From Candidatus Electrothrix sp. GW3-4 (lineage in GTDB: Bacteria > Desulfobacterota > Desulfobulbia > Desulfobulbales > Desulfobulbaceae): a stretch of DNA of 32,000 nt. A model generated the notes under the pieces. That model worked only from the letters and a program-made list of their open reading frames with translations, was not told the origin of the DNA and did no database searches. A program made the translations under genes and the position numbers. Each line of letters opens with the position of its first letter. The first letter of the stretch is position 1. This document shows, one piece after another, positions 1 to 7,766 of the stretch. The stretch lies in the NCBI RefSeq assembly GCF_037902255.1, contig NZ_CP147990.1, positions 3,210,001 through 3,242,000 of the forward strand. The letters run 5' to 3'.

Positions 1-271
1 GAAACCCTGTTGAACAGAAGCAATGTGTTTTTGATATCGCAAACTATATTATTTGGATCATATTCATTAATAGAAAATTCGGTTTCCAAAGCAACAAGTG
101 CCCATACTGTAACTCTATTAATTATGGGAATAGTTTTAAATATAACATGGGGTTACACTAGCTATAAAATTATCTTTAAAACACAGCTGAACGCAAAATC
201 AATGCTAATAAATAAAGATAGTCCATATTATTTTCATGCATATGTGGCGGGAAGAGAGAAACGTAAAGAGC
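1..271 (+). pseudogene. 5' fragment of a small AT-rich predicted membrane-protein ORF interrupted by the IS66-family insertion
   Basis: The frame of ORF 10..351 is open to the window edge. It has hydrophobic stretches (VFLISQTILFGSYSLI, TLLIMGIVLNITWGY). Host DNA ends at 271, where the IS inverted repeat begins, so 272-351 of the tracked ORF is read-through into the IS. Confidence 0.4.
264..271. repeat. Target-site duplication, left copy (TAAAGAGC)
   Basis: The same 8-mer TAAAGAGC directly abuts both IS ends (264-271 and 2005-2012). An 8 bp duplication is the size expected for IS66-family elements. Confidence 0.85.
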
Positions 272-295
272 GTAACCGTTCAGACCCCTCTCATT
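272..295. repeat. IS66-family left inverted repeat
   Basis: gtaaccgttcagacccctctcatt compared with the reverse complement of 1981-2004, gtaaccgttcatccccctcattcc. Confidence 0.8.
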
Positions 296-298
296 TTT

Positions 299-1891
299 TT
301 ACGCAGCAAGAGGCAGAGGAGGTACATCCAGCCCCTGACGCCGAGCCGTGATAACCTCGGCGAGATATTTCCACGGACAGGCGTTGCGCTTCCTACACGT
401 ATCAATCACGCTCGCAAGTATGGCGAACACATGACTACCTTGACCATTACGGGTACCGTGGCTTAATTTGCGCGCAATAACCCAATGACGTAACGCTTGC
501 TCCGCCTCATTATTGGTCAGGGGCCACGTCGGATTCGACAACACATGAAAAATCGTGTCCCAGTCGTTGAGAAATTCTCTGGCCAGCTCGCGTGTTTTTT
601 TATGGTCTGAATCGCGATATCTCATGCAGCACGCCTTAAATTCGGCCAGAAATTCTCTGTATATTGGCAAAAGATCCGTGGGTGGTCCCTCGCGAGCCTT
701 GTAAATTACATCCATCAACTCGGTGAGCACCGCATGGGCCTCGGTGCCGAATGTGCGGGGATCATCGCTCAGGCTCTGTTTCAAGCCTTTTGTCTTGCGC
801 AGTAAATGCGCCCAGCAGCGGAGCCTGTTGAGGAACTTACGATAGGCCTTGTAGCCGTCGCTCATCAGCACCCCCTTAAAGGTTTGGCCGAGCACATAAT
901 CAAGTACTTTTTGGCTGCGAAGGCCAATGATGTAAAAGGTGACTTTCAGCGAGGTAAAGACCCATAACCATCGTTTTTCGGCCCACTCCTTCCAGGATGT
1001 CTCATCCACGAACAGGATCAGTGATTCACGCACCTCCTCAAGAAACTCATCGCTAAGGGGAGAAGCGGCGCGGCCAGCTTCATGGATACATTGATTGATC
1101 GTGCCGATGCCCAAATCCAATCGCAGCCAATCTTGCAAAAATTCCCGGATGCGGCGGCGGGAAAGGCGCATGCGCTTGGAGAGGCACACGATCAGAGCGG
1201 TCAATTTTGGGCCGACCATGTGCCATTGGCTTATTTCAACCCCCCAGTCTTCGTTTTTTTCGAGACGATGGGGCATAAGCCGATTGACATGACCACAGCC
1301 GCCGCACGTCGTGTCTCCGTAGATATGCTTGGTGTTGATCACCTCTATTCCCGGACCGGTGGCATCGCCCACCTCAATATCAACGACATAATGACCGGTG
1401 CGAGCGGTGAAGTCGCATGTTTCGTCCAGCTCAAGGTTACAAGCCGAGCAGGTGCCTGCTTTGTGAATGATGGTGTCGTGTACGGGAAGTTTTTGCGTTC
1501 GACCATGCCCGGTGGCACCGGGTTGCTTGCCGGGTTTGTTGCCCTTGGGGCGATCATCAATATTTTTGGGGGAATCCTGCTGGTCGGACTTGTCCGCATC
1601 TTCATCATGCTCGGCGGACTCCTCGTCAGAATCGTCGAGTTCTATGTGCGTGGCTTCGACTTGCTCTTCATCCGGTTCCTCCTCGTCGGCTTGAGCGTCG
1701 GCATCAAACCGGGCCCAGGGGAAATTTGAGCTGGGAGGCATGGAGCTGTTTTCGGAATTTTGACCCATCCGTTCATGAAGTTCTTTGAGGTCATCAAGAA
1801 AGAGCAGGCACAGCTCCTTTGCACTCTTACCGGGCAAGGTGTCAATAAACTGCTTATCTATTTTTAGCAACTCTTCTCTGGACAGGTGCAT
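299..1891 (-). CDS. IS66-family transposase
   Basis: 530 aa. The N-terminal helical region ends in ...NSENSSMPPSS. It has Cys pairs (CSACN...CGGCGH), an FVDETSW motif and LRCWAHLLRK, all typical of IS66 TnpC-type transposases. Confidence 0.92.
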   Translation of the reverse strand: MHLSREELLKIDKQFIDTLPGKSAKELCLLFLDDLKELHERMGQNSENSSMPPSSNFPWARFDADAQADEEEPDEEQVEATHIELDDSDEESAEHDEDADKSDQQDSPKNIDDRPKGNKPGKQPGATGHGRTQKLPVHDTIIHKAGTCSACNLELDETCDFTARTGHYVVDIEVGDATGPGIEVINTKHIYGDTTCGGCGHVNRLMPHRLEKNEDWGVEISQWHMVGPKLTALIVCLSKRMRLSRRRIREFLQDWLRLDLGIGTINQCIHEAGRAASPLSDEFLEEVRESLILFVDETSWKEWAEKRWLWVFTSLKVTFYIIGLRSQKVLDYVLGQTFKGVLMSDGYKAYRKFLNRLRCWAHLLRKTKGLKQSLSDDPRTFGTEAHAVLTELMDVIYKAREGPPTDLLPIYREFLAEFKACCMRYRDSDHKKTRELAREFLNDWDTIFHVLSNPTWPLTNNEAEQALRHWVIARKLSHGTRNGQGSHVFAILASVIDTCRKRNACPWKYLAEVITARRQGLDVPPLPLAA

Positions 1892-1980
1892 GCGAACTCA
1901 GAACGTGGATAGATCTCGTAAAAAACGTTGTGACCGTTAAACTATCGTGATCCTCTTTTTTGTCCAGTTCTTTTTTGTGT

Positions 1981-2004
1981 GGAATGAGGGGGATGAACGG
2001 TTAC
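1981..2004. repeat. IS66-family right inverted repeat
   Basis: Reverse complement matches the left end (see 272-295). Confidence 0.8.
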
Positions 2005-2012
2005 TAAAGAGC
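2005..2012. repeat. Target-site duplication, right copy (TAAAGAGC)
   Basis: Identical to 264-271. Confidence 0.85.
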
Positions 2013-2098
2013 TGGTTTCAAGTGGGCCGTTAATCGGTATTGGGCTCCCTATATCCTTTATCGTTGCATGGATATCAATGGTTTTTCTTGTCAACTAA
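2013..2098 (+). pseudogene. 3' fragment of the IS-interrupted small membrane-protein ORF
   Basis: Removing the IS and one TSD copy joins c271 to tg2013-2014. The frame then continues as LVSSGPLIGIGLPISFIVAWISMVFLVN and stops at TAA 2096-2098. This tail is hydrophobic and TM-like. Confidence 0.4.
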
Positions 2099-2125
2099 TG
2101 CCAAGAAAATAAGTCGCTATTTTCC

Positions 2126-3169
2126 TTAATCACGGAGCATTAGTTGCGCCGCCTGTTCCACTTCCTCCACCGTGATGGCTTCCATGCACTGGAAATGGCC
2201 CTTGGGGCAATGGGTCTGCATGCAGGGACTACAGTCCACAGGTTGGCGGACAATGGTTGCCTTTTCAGAATAGGGACCAGTGGCGATGTGATCGGTGGAG
2301 CCGAACACGGCCACCAGCGGGGTATTGAGGGCCGCAGCCACATGCATAAGGCCGGAGTCGTTGGTGACAAAGACCGAACAGCGGGCAATACAGGCTAAGG
2401 CCTGGGCCAGGGTGGTCCGGCCGGTCAGGTCCAGGACCCGTTCACCAGCCGCAGCGCTGATCTCAGTCGCAGCCTCCTGATCAGCAGCGGTTCCGAAGAT
2501 AACAATCAGGGCCCCGGTTGCTTGAGAGAGCCTGCCAGCCAGTTCAGCGTATTTGGTGGGGGGCCAGCATTTGGCCGGGCCATAGGCGGCCCCTGGATTG
2601 AGGCCGATGATGGGCCCCTCCGCGCCCTGCTGGGCCTCCCTGAGCAGGGCATCTGCCTCTTGCCTGGCAGGAGGATCAAGAAACAGCTCCAGGCTATTTT
2701 CACTGCGCCGGAGTCCCAGCCCTTCGATCATCTCCTGATAATAATGGACCTGATGCTTGGTCTTGATCTCCGGGTCTTTGCGCACCCCGTGGGTGAGGAG
2801 CAGGCCCCGGCCGTCGGTGGTATAGCCGCCCCGCACCGGAATGCGGGCCAAAAAGGTGATCAGGGCTGCCTCAAAGGCGTTTTGCAGAAGGATGGTGAGG
2901 TCGTAGTTTTGCTGGCGTAGCTCATTAGCCAGGCGCAGTTTGCCTCCCAGTCCCTGGTGCCGTCCCTGCTTATCATAGATGAAGATCTGGTCGATATAGG
3001 GGCAGGCCCTGAAGACATCTGCGACCCAGGGCAGGGCCAGCAGGGTGATCCGGGCCTCGGAGAAGTTATGGCGGATGCTGCGCACAGCCGGGGTGGTCAT
3101 GATGGCGTCGCCGATCCAATTGGTGGAGCGGATAAGGATGTTGCGGGCGTTTTTGGGGATAGGGGGCAT
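2126..3169 (-). CDS. waaF: Glycosyltransferase family 9, ADP-heptose:LPS heptosyltransferase II-like
   Basis: 347 aa. N-terminal ILIRSTNWIGDAIMTTPAVRSIR and C-terminal VTNDSGLMHVAAAL motifs are typical of RfaF/WaaF-type heptosyltransferases. Confidence 0.78.
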   Translation of the reverse strand: MPPIPKNARNILIRSTNWIGDAIMTTPAVRSIRHNFSEARITLLALPWVADVFRACPYIDQIFIYDKQGRHQGLGGKLRLANELRQQNYDLTILLQNAFEAALITFLARIPVRGGYTTDGRGLLLTHGVRKDPEIKTKHQVHYYQEMIEGLGLRRSENSLELFLDPPARQEADALLREAQQGAEGPIIGLNPGAAYGPAKCWPPTKYAELAGRLSQATGALIVIFGTAADQEAATEISAAAGERVLDLTGRTTLAQALACIARCSVFVTNDSGLMHVAAALNTPLVAVFGSTDHIATGPYSEKATIVRQPVDCSPCMQTHCPKGHFQCMEAITVEEVEQAAQLMLRD

Positions 3170-3456
3170 GGGTGTTGTGTCTTTGTAAATTTTTTAATGT
3201 TCACTGCGGGGGACAGAATACAGCCTGATGGGGGAGGATGCAAGGGAGGATTGACGTTCTCTTATGCCACGAACACGGGCTCGGCCGGGCAAGTAAACTC
3301 CTGTACGGTTGCTCACCCCTCCTCCTCCCCGATAAAATTGAGGAGCCTTGCTGATGGACAAAAAATATAAACTCGGGTACCCTTCCATCCACATATGACA
3401 TCATGAATCGCTGTACGATAACGGCATGATATAATCGAATAAGGACAGAACATCCC

Positions 3457-4383
3457 ATGAACAAAATACGACTGGCCCTGATCGCTGGAGGCACCTCCGG
3501 TGAACGAGAGGTCTCCCTGAAAGGCGCCACAGAAGTAGAGCAGGCATTAAGCAAAGAAAAATATGAGGTGGTACGCTACGATGCGGCCACAGATCTGGCC
3601 CGTTTGGCCGCTGATGCACGACAGTTGGATGCCGCCTTCATCCTCCTGCACGGCATCCACGGTGAGGATGGGACAGTTCAGGGCATGCTGGAGCTGCTGG
3701 GCATCCCCTACCAGGGAGCCGGGGTGCTGGGCAGTGCCCTGGCAATGGATAAAAACCTGGCCAAGACCATGTATCGCCTGCACGGTCTGCCGGTTGCTGC
3801 CTGGGAAATGGCCAGCAAGGAGCATATCACCGACCCTGCCCCCTTGCTGGCCCAACTCTCCCTGCCCGTGGTGGTCAAACCTATCCGCCAGGGCTCCTCC
3901 CTGGGCATGTCCGTTGTCCGAACAGCAGAGCAACTCTCCCCTGCCCTGGCCACTGCCTTTGAGCATGACAGCCAAGTCATGGTGGAGGAGTTCATCCAGG
4001 GCCGGGAGATCACGGTAGGCGTGCTCGGTAACGAGGAGCTGATGCCCCTGCCCCTGGTAGAGGTCATCCCGGCTGCGAAATACGAATTCTTTGACTACGA
4101 GGCCAAGTACCAACCCGGTGCCACCCAGGAGGTCTGTCCGGCAGAGGTGGACGACAGCATCCGCGATAGGGCCCAGCAGTATGGGATCAAGGCCCATCAG
4201 GCCTTGCAGCTGCGGGGCTACAGCCGTACCGACATGATTGTCCGGGAGAATGAGATCTTCCTCCTGGAGACCAACACTATTCCCGGCATGACCCCGACCA
4301 GTCTCCTGCCCCAAGCAGCTGCCCAGGCCGGGCTCGACTTTCCGGCCCTGCTGGATCGCTTGATTGGCCTGGCAATGGAATAG
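3457..4383 (+). CDS. ddl: D-alanine--D-alanine ligase
   Basis: 308 aa with GGTSGEREVSL, LHGIHGEDGTVQGMLELLGIPY, GSSLGMSVV and LETNTIPGMTPTSL motifs (ATP-grasp Ddl). An AAGGA ribosome-binding site lies upstream. Confidence 0.93.
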   Translation: MNKIRLALIAGGTSGEREVSLKGATEVEQALSKEKYEVVRYDAATDLARLAADARQLDAAFILLHGIHGEDGTVQGMLELLGIPYQGAGVLGSALAMDKNLAKTMYRLHGLPVAAWEMASKEHITDPAPLLAQLSLPVVVKPIRQGSSLGMSVVRTAEQLSPALATAFEHDSQVMVEEFIQGREITVGVLGNEELMPLPLVEVIPAAKYEFFDYEAKYQPGATQEVCPAEVDDSIRDRAQQYGIKAHQALQLRGYSRTDMIVRENEIFLLETNTIPGMTPTSLLPQAAAQAGLDFPALLDRLIGLAME

Positions 4384-4412
4384 CCACAACAGGTTTCAGC
4401 TTGCAGGAGAAT

Positions 4413-4940
4413 TCAGGAGTTCTTGCCGTTCCGAGAGGAAAAGGCAGATAGTATGGTCGGACCCTCGTTATGCACTGTTACCACCTCGGCCTTACGGAGA
4501 ACCCGCTTGCCCGCAATATCCAGGTAACCTTTTTTCTCCACCGAAATAATCTCTTCGTTTGCCCGAACAGGATCCTTTTCAGTGGCAATGATCCGACACT
4601 GCTCCATCCTTGCCTTGTTGTCTGGAAATTCCAGCGGCTCAACATGGCGGGATCGGAGCAGACGCAGGAGTTTTCGCTGAATAGCGCGGGTGCTCTGGAC
4701 AAAACGCTGCCCGGTCTTATCCAGGAACCCCTCCTTGCCCTGAATATTCTTTTCCAGGTTATCAAAGGCATCCAGCACCTCAAAGAGCCCCAGCAGCAAC
4801 TCCTGCTCCCGTTGTTCAGCTACGTCCTTCTGCTCCTGCTTGATTCGCTTCAGCTCAGCGATCTCCCGCTGAAACCCGATCAGCTTTTCCCGCAAGAGCG
4901 CATCCGGGGCCTTTTCTCCTCCCTGTTCCGCCATGGTCAC
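4413..4940 (-). CDS. GrpE-like nucleotide exchange factor (paralogous, part of the Hsp70 module)
   Basis: 175 aa. An N-terminal coiled coil is followed by LLLGLFEVLDAFDNLEKN (compare GrpE LLPVLDNLERA) and a C-terminal KKGYLDIAGKRVLRKAEVVTV (compare GrpE GY..RVLRPA.V.V). The GTG start at 4940 overlaps the upstream stop; an alternative ATG lies at 4934. Confidence 0.72.
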   Translation of the reverse strand: MTMAEQGGEKAPDALLREKLIGFQREIAELKRIKQEQKDVAEQREQELLLGLFEVLDAFDNLEKNIQGKEGFLDKTGQRFVQSTRAIQRKLLRLLRSRHVEPLEFPDNKARMEQCRIIATEKDPVRANEEIISVEKKGYLDIAGKRVLRKAEVVTVHNEGPTILSAFSSRNGKNS

Positions 4941-5224
4941 ACCTGGTTATCAAAAATATCCCATCCTTCAAAACGGGTAATAGCTTCTTTTTCCACTCCT
5001 TCCAGCTCCCCCAAGCCCTTTCTTACCTCATTGAGGAGCGGCTCAAGATCAACCGTATGGATAAAATCAAGAAGACGCCTGGTTGCGGGGTTCATCAGCT
5101 GTTTTCTTGCTTCCGCAATATCACGGGCAGAATGCTTGTCTTCCCGCAGGGCCCGGGCCGAGGCCTGGACAATCTCCCGAGATGTTGCCTGGGGGCTGAT
5201 ATTCAGGATCCTGTAGGGATTCAT
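4937..5224 (-). CDS. Small J-domain-like protein lacking the HPD tripeptide
   Basis: 95 aa. NPYRILNISPQATSREIVQASARALRE resembles J-domain helices I-II, but the expected HPD position reads DKHSARD. ATGA start/stop overlaps occur at both ends (5221-5224 and 4937-4940). Confidence 0.6.
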   Translation of the reverse strand: MNPYRILNISPQATSREIVQASARALREDKHSARDIAEARKQLMNPATRRLLDFIHTVDLEPLLNEVRKGLGELEGVEKEAITRFEGWDIFDNQV

Positions 5225-6654
5225 AGGATCCCCAACCGTTCTTCGAACTCGTCCAGGAGCAAGGCAATGTCCTCGATTATTCGGTGTTCTGGATCGACCT
5301 CAACAGCACCCTCCAAGAGCTGCCGGACCATTAAACAGGCTGATTCATCATCAGGATAATCCCCCATTTCGATCTGTTCAAGGACCTGAGCAACAAAGAT
5401 AAAAAACTGATCCACAACCCCCTGGTACGCACTCTGTTGCGCAATCCGGGAGGCCTTGCCCAGCTTGCCAGCACTCATGGTCTGGTGCAGGGCATGGATC
5501 TCTGCATCCATTTGGGCATCATCAAGGGTCATCCGGGCAAACGCATCACCAGGATTCAGACAGACCGCCTTTTTCATTGAGGTCAGCAAAACCTTACTTT
5601 CAATGGCCCCCTCATTATGAAGCAACACTGCCTGATGAGTCAGCACGGAACAGAACGCCCTTTTCACCGACGGGGGAGAAGAATTCCTGTGTAATTCACT
5701 CAAAACATGCACAGAGACTGCCAGCCAATCCGGGTCCAGGTACCTGTCTTCCCGATCCAGGGCGACAAGCAGGCCTCGTTCAAGCATGGAAGAGTGCAGA
5801 GGCAGGGGCAGGAGATCGATGAGCATTTTCTCTGCCTCCTCATAACGGCCCTGTTGCAACGAGTGCAAGCCACATGCCATCTTCACCTGAGCAAGGCCAT
5901 AAGCAAAAAATGGGTCACCGTTGTTTTCCTCGTCTTTTTTCTCCAGAGAAGCAAACTGTTCTTTTGCTGCGTCGTATTGCTCCATTCGAATCAGCAGAAG
6001 AGCAGGACCAGCGGCAGAATACAACGCACCGGCAGCAAGAAAATCTTCCTGGCCTGGAAAGACGTCCTGATGACCTTGCACCAACCTGAAGATTTGCTCG
6101 GCAATACCAGCCTGCCAGGCCAGGGCCGGGGTATACAGGGGGACCTCCTCTTTATCCTTTCCTGCGGCGGAAAGGGTCTTGAGCAGGGCAAAATCCTCCT
6201 CCCAATGCCGGATGAACGGTGCACCGTTCTCCCCTTGCTGCTCACTATATTTCCTGACCAGCTTCTCGCCAGCTGCAAAAATCTCCAGGCGATACGACTC
6301 CGCCCCCTCCTGTTTTCCCGGCAAAGAATAAAACAGAGCCGGATGAAAGAGAAAAGAAAGCCAACAATCGATGAAATGGTTGACCTCAACAGGTTCTGCT
6401 CGCCTGCCCTCTTCCTTGAGCACCAAATAAGAGGCCTTGGCGTGCAGCTCCAAGACAACAGGATGCAAGAGGTCTGGCCCCGAACTGAGTGTCCTCATCT
6501 CCCGGACTCGTCCCGCCTGCCAACATCGGGCCAAAGAAAGAGATCGACAATGCGATTGATAAGAGGCTGCAAGGGAATCCGAGGCCTCATTTTCTTCTGA
6601 AAACAACGATGCGTTGTCTTTTTTTTCTCCTACCATCCTGCCTAACCTACTCAC
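5221..6654 (-). CDS. Hypothetical all-helical protein with TPR-like segments (Hsp70 module)
   Basis: 477 aa ORF with no catalytic motif I recognise. One TPR-like stretch is AYGLAQVKMACGLHSLQQGRYEEAEKML. The tracked start at 6654 is GTG and lies inside a hairpin, so ATG at 6636 (MVGEKK...) is the more likely start. Confidence 0.6.
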   Translation of the reverse strand: MSRLGRMVGEKKDNASLFSEENEASDSLAASYQSHCRSLSLARCWQAGRVREMRTLSSGPDLLHPVVLELHAKASYLVLKEEGRRAEPVEVNHFIDCWLSFLFHPALFYSLPGKQEGAESYRLEIFAAGEKLVRKYSEQQGENGAPFIRHWEEDFALLKTLSAAGKDKEEVPLYTPALAWQAGIAEQIFRLVQGHQDVFPGQEDFLAAGALYSAAGPALLLIRMEQYDAAKEQFASLEKKDEENNGDPFFAYGLAQVKMACGLHSLQQGRYEEAEKMLIDLLPLPLHSSMLERGLLVALDREDRYLDPDWLAVSVHVLSELHRNSSPPSVKRAFCSVLTHQAVLLHNEGAIESKVLLTSMKKAVCLNPGDAFARMTLDDAQMDAEIHALHQTMSAGKLGKASRIAQQSAYQGVVDQFFIFVAQVLEQIEMGDYPDDESACLMVRQLLEGAVEVDPEHRIIEDIALLLDEFEERLGIL

Positions 6655-6674
6655 AGGCCAGCAATGTGGCCTGT
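6653..6674 (-). promoter_or_regulatory. Intercistronic stem-loop (8 bp perfect stem, 6 nt loop)
   Basis: acaggcca-gcaatg-tggcctgt lies between the stop of the Zn-ribbon/LysM gene (6705) and the start of the 477 aa gene. No U-tract follows on the transcribed minus strand, so it is not a canonical terminator. Confidence 0.3.
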
Positions 6675-6704
6675 TCTCTCTCTTCCTTTTTGCCTTTTCT
6701 GACG

Positions 6705-7766
6705 TCAGTGCAAGATAACCCGAACCGTTGCACCGGGTTGAATATCGGGCGTTTGCTCGTAGAATACCCTTTCAGATGATCCTGGTGCAGCAAAGCGCTC
6801 CTCTATGGTTTGTTGCGTTTCTCCGCCCCACACCGTATGCTTCCACAACACCAGACCATCTCGCCATTCTATCCGGCGGGTATAGATATCCGTCAACACG
6901 GTGCGATCATTAAACAGACGCAGGCTCTCTTCGTCATGGATATCACTGATAACAAGCCCTGGATTCTGTTCCATGATCACGGGATAATACTTGCCGTTAC
7001 CGTAAAAATGCTCGGCAATGTCCCACAAGGTATCGGTTTCCTTTATCAGATATAAAAAAGTTTTTTCCGACCATTGTTCTTCAAACAACACATCAGACAT
7101 AAGCTCGACCGATGGTTCGTCAGTGTTGCTCACAGTTTCGGTTTCCTCTGCCAGTACAACCTCTGCATCCTCGGGCACTGGCTTTTCCGAAGCATTCTCC
7201 CTCACCTCAAACGCTTCTGTTCCTCTTTTGTTCCCCGGTTCCCCGGTCGTTAAACTGGCAATCCGGAACTCGCCAGTTTGCTCAACCTGCTGACCTTCCT
7301 TTGAAGCAGAAGCACCATGTCCTTCCGCCATGTCCTTGTCCTTAGCGCTCGCCTCGAGATCCTCCTCATAGATAAGCGGATCATCCTCTGCAAAAGTCTC
7401 CTCTTCTTCGCCCCCCACCTTCTCAGACTCAGGCAGAACACAGAGCACCTGCTTTGCCTGCTCGCTGTTCTGCTCTGCTACCTGAAGATCCGTCTGCAAG
7501 GCAACCATACGTTGCTTTAAGGCTTGCACCCGTCCCTTTGCCTTCAAAGAAAAATAGAAAAAACTCGTCCCAATAAGGACCAGGAGCAAGAAAAGGAGGA
7601 GGACAGCGCGCCGGGTGCTGGAGCGATCCTCCTTTCCTGCCTCTTTCGCAGCCAGCGTCTCTAAGACCTGAAAACAGGTCAGATCAGCATCGCATTGCGG
7701 GCAGTTTTTACTGTCAGGCGGTATACCCGGTCGTTCACAGACAGGACAGGTTAACTGGTCAGACAT
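6705..7766 (-). CDS. Zn-ribbon / single-TM / coiled-coil / acidic linker / tandem LysM-like protein
   Basis: 353 aa. The N-terminus has CPVC-x11-CPQC and a TM segment AVLLLFLLLVLIGTSFFYFSL. The C-terminus has YLIKETDTLWDIAEHFYGNGKYYPVIMEQNP (a YgaU-type LysM signature) and a second, degenerate LysM-like unit. Its ATG overlaps the Hsp70 stop (TAATG at 7764-7768). Confidence 0.7.
   Translation of the reverse strand: MSDQLTCPVCERPGIPPDSKNCPQCDADLTCFQVLETLAAKEAGKEDRSSTRRAVLLLFLLLVLIGTSFFYFSLKAKGRVQALKQRMVALQTDLQVAEQNSEQAKQVLCVLPESEKVGGEEEETFAEDDPLIYEEDLEASAKDKDMAEGHGASASKEGQQVEQTGEFRIASLTTGEPGNKRGTEAFEVRENASEKPVPEDAEVVLAEETETVSNTDEPSVELMSDVLFEEQWSEKTFLYLIKETDTLWDIAEHFYGNGKYYPVIMEQNPGLVISDIHDEESLRLFNDRTVLTDIYTRRIEWRDGLVLWKHTVWGGETQQTIEERFAAPGSSERVFYEQTPDIQPGATVRVILH

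Larger units (their letters stand above)
272..2004 (-). mobile_element. IS66-family insertion sequence, single-ORF type, 1,733 bp
   Basis: Terminal inverted repeats start GTAACCGTTCA at both ends, with 17 of the first 19 nt identical. They are flanked by a perfect 8 bp direct repeat and enclose one transposase ORF. GC rises sharply relative to the flanking AT-rich DNA. Confidence 0.9.

Noticed and set aside
1082-1729. Plus-strand 215 aa ORF inside the IS element (a possible second IS gene)
   Set aside because: It is fully antisense to the IS66 transposase ORF and bears no resemblance to IS66 TnpA or TnpB. I treat it as a shadow ORF.
3547-6600. Other long antisense ORFs: 3547-4389 minus (280 aa), 4470-5216 plus (248 aa) and 5707-6600 plus (297 aa)
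   Set aside because: They lie opposite ddl, the GrpE-like and J-like genes, and the 477 aa gene respectively. Their products are low-complexity or Arg/Leu/Gln-rich, as is typical of shadow frames.
6653-6674. The stem-loop between the Zn-ribbon/LysM gene and the 477 aa gene, considered as a transcription terminator
   Set aside because: The T-rich tract follows the hairpin only on the plus strand, where nothing is transcribed into it. On the minus strand no U-tract follows. It is kept only as a possible mRNA processing, stability or translational-coupling element.
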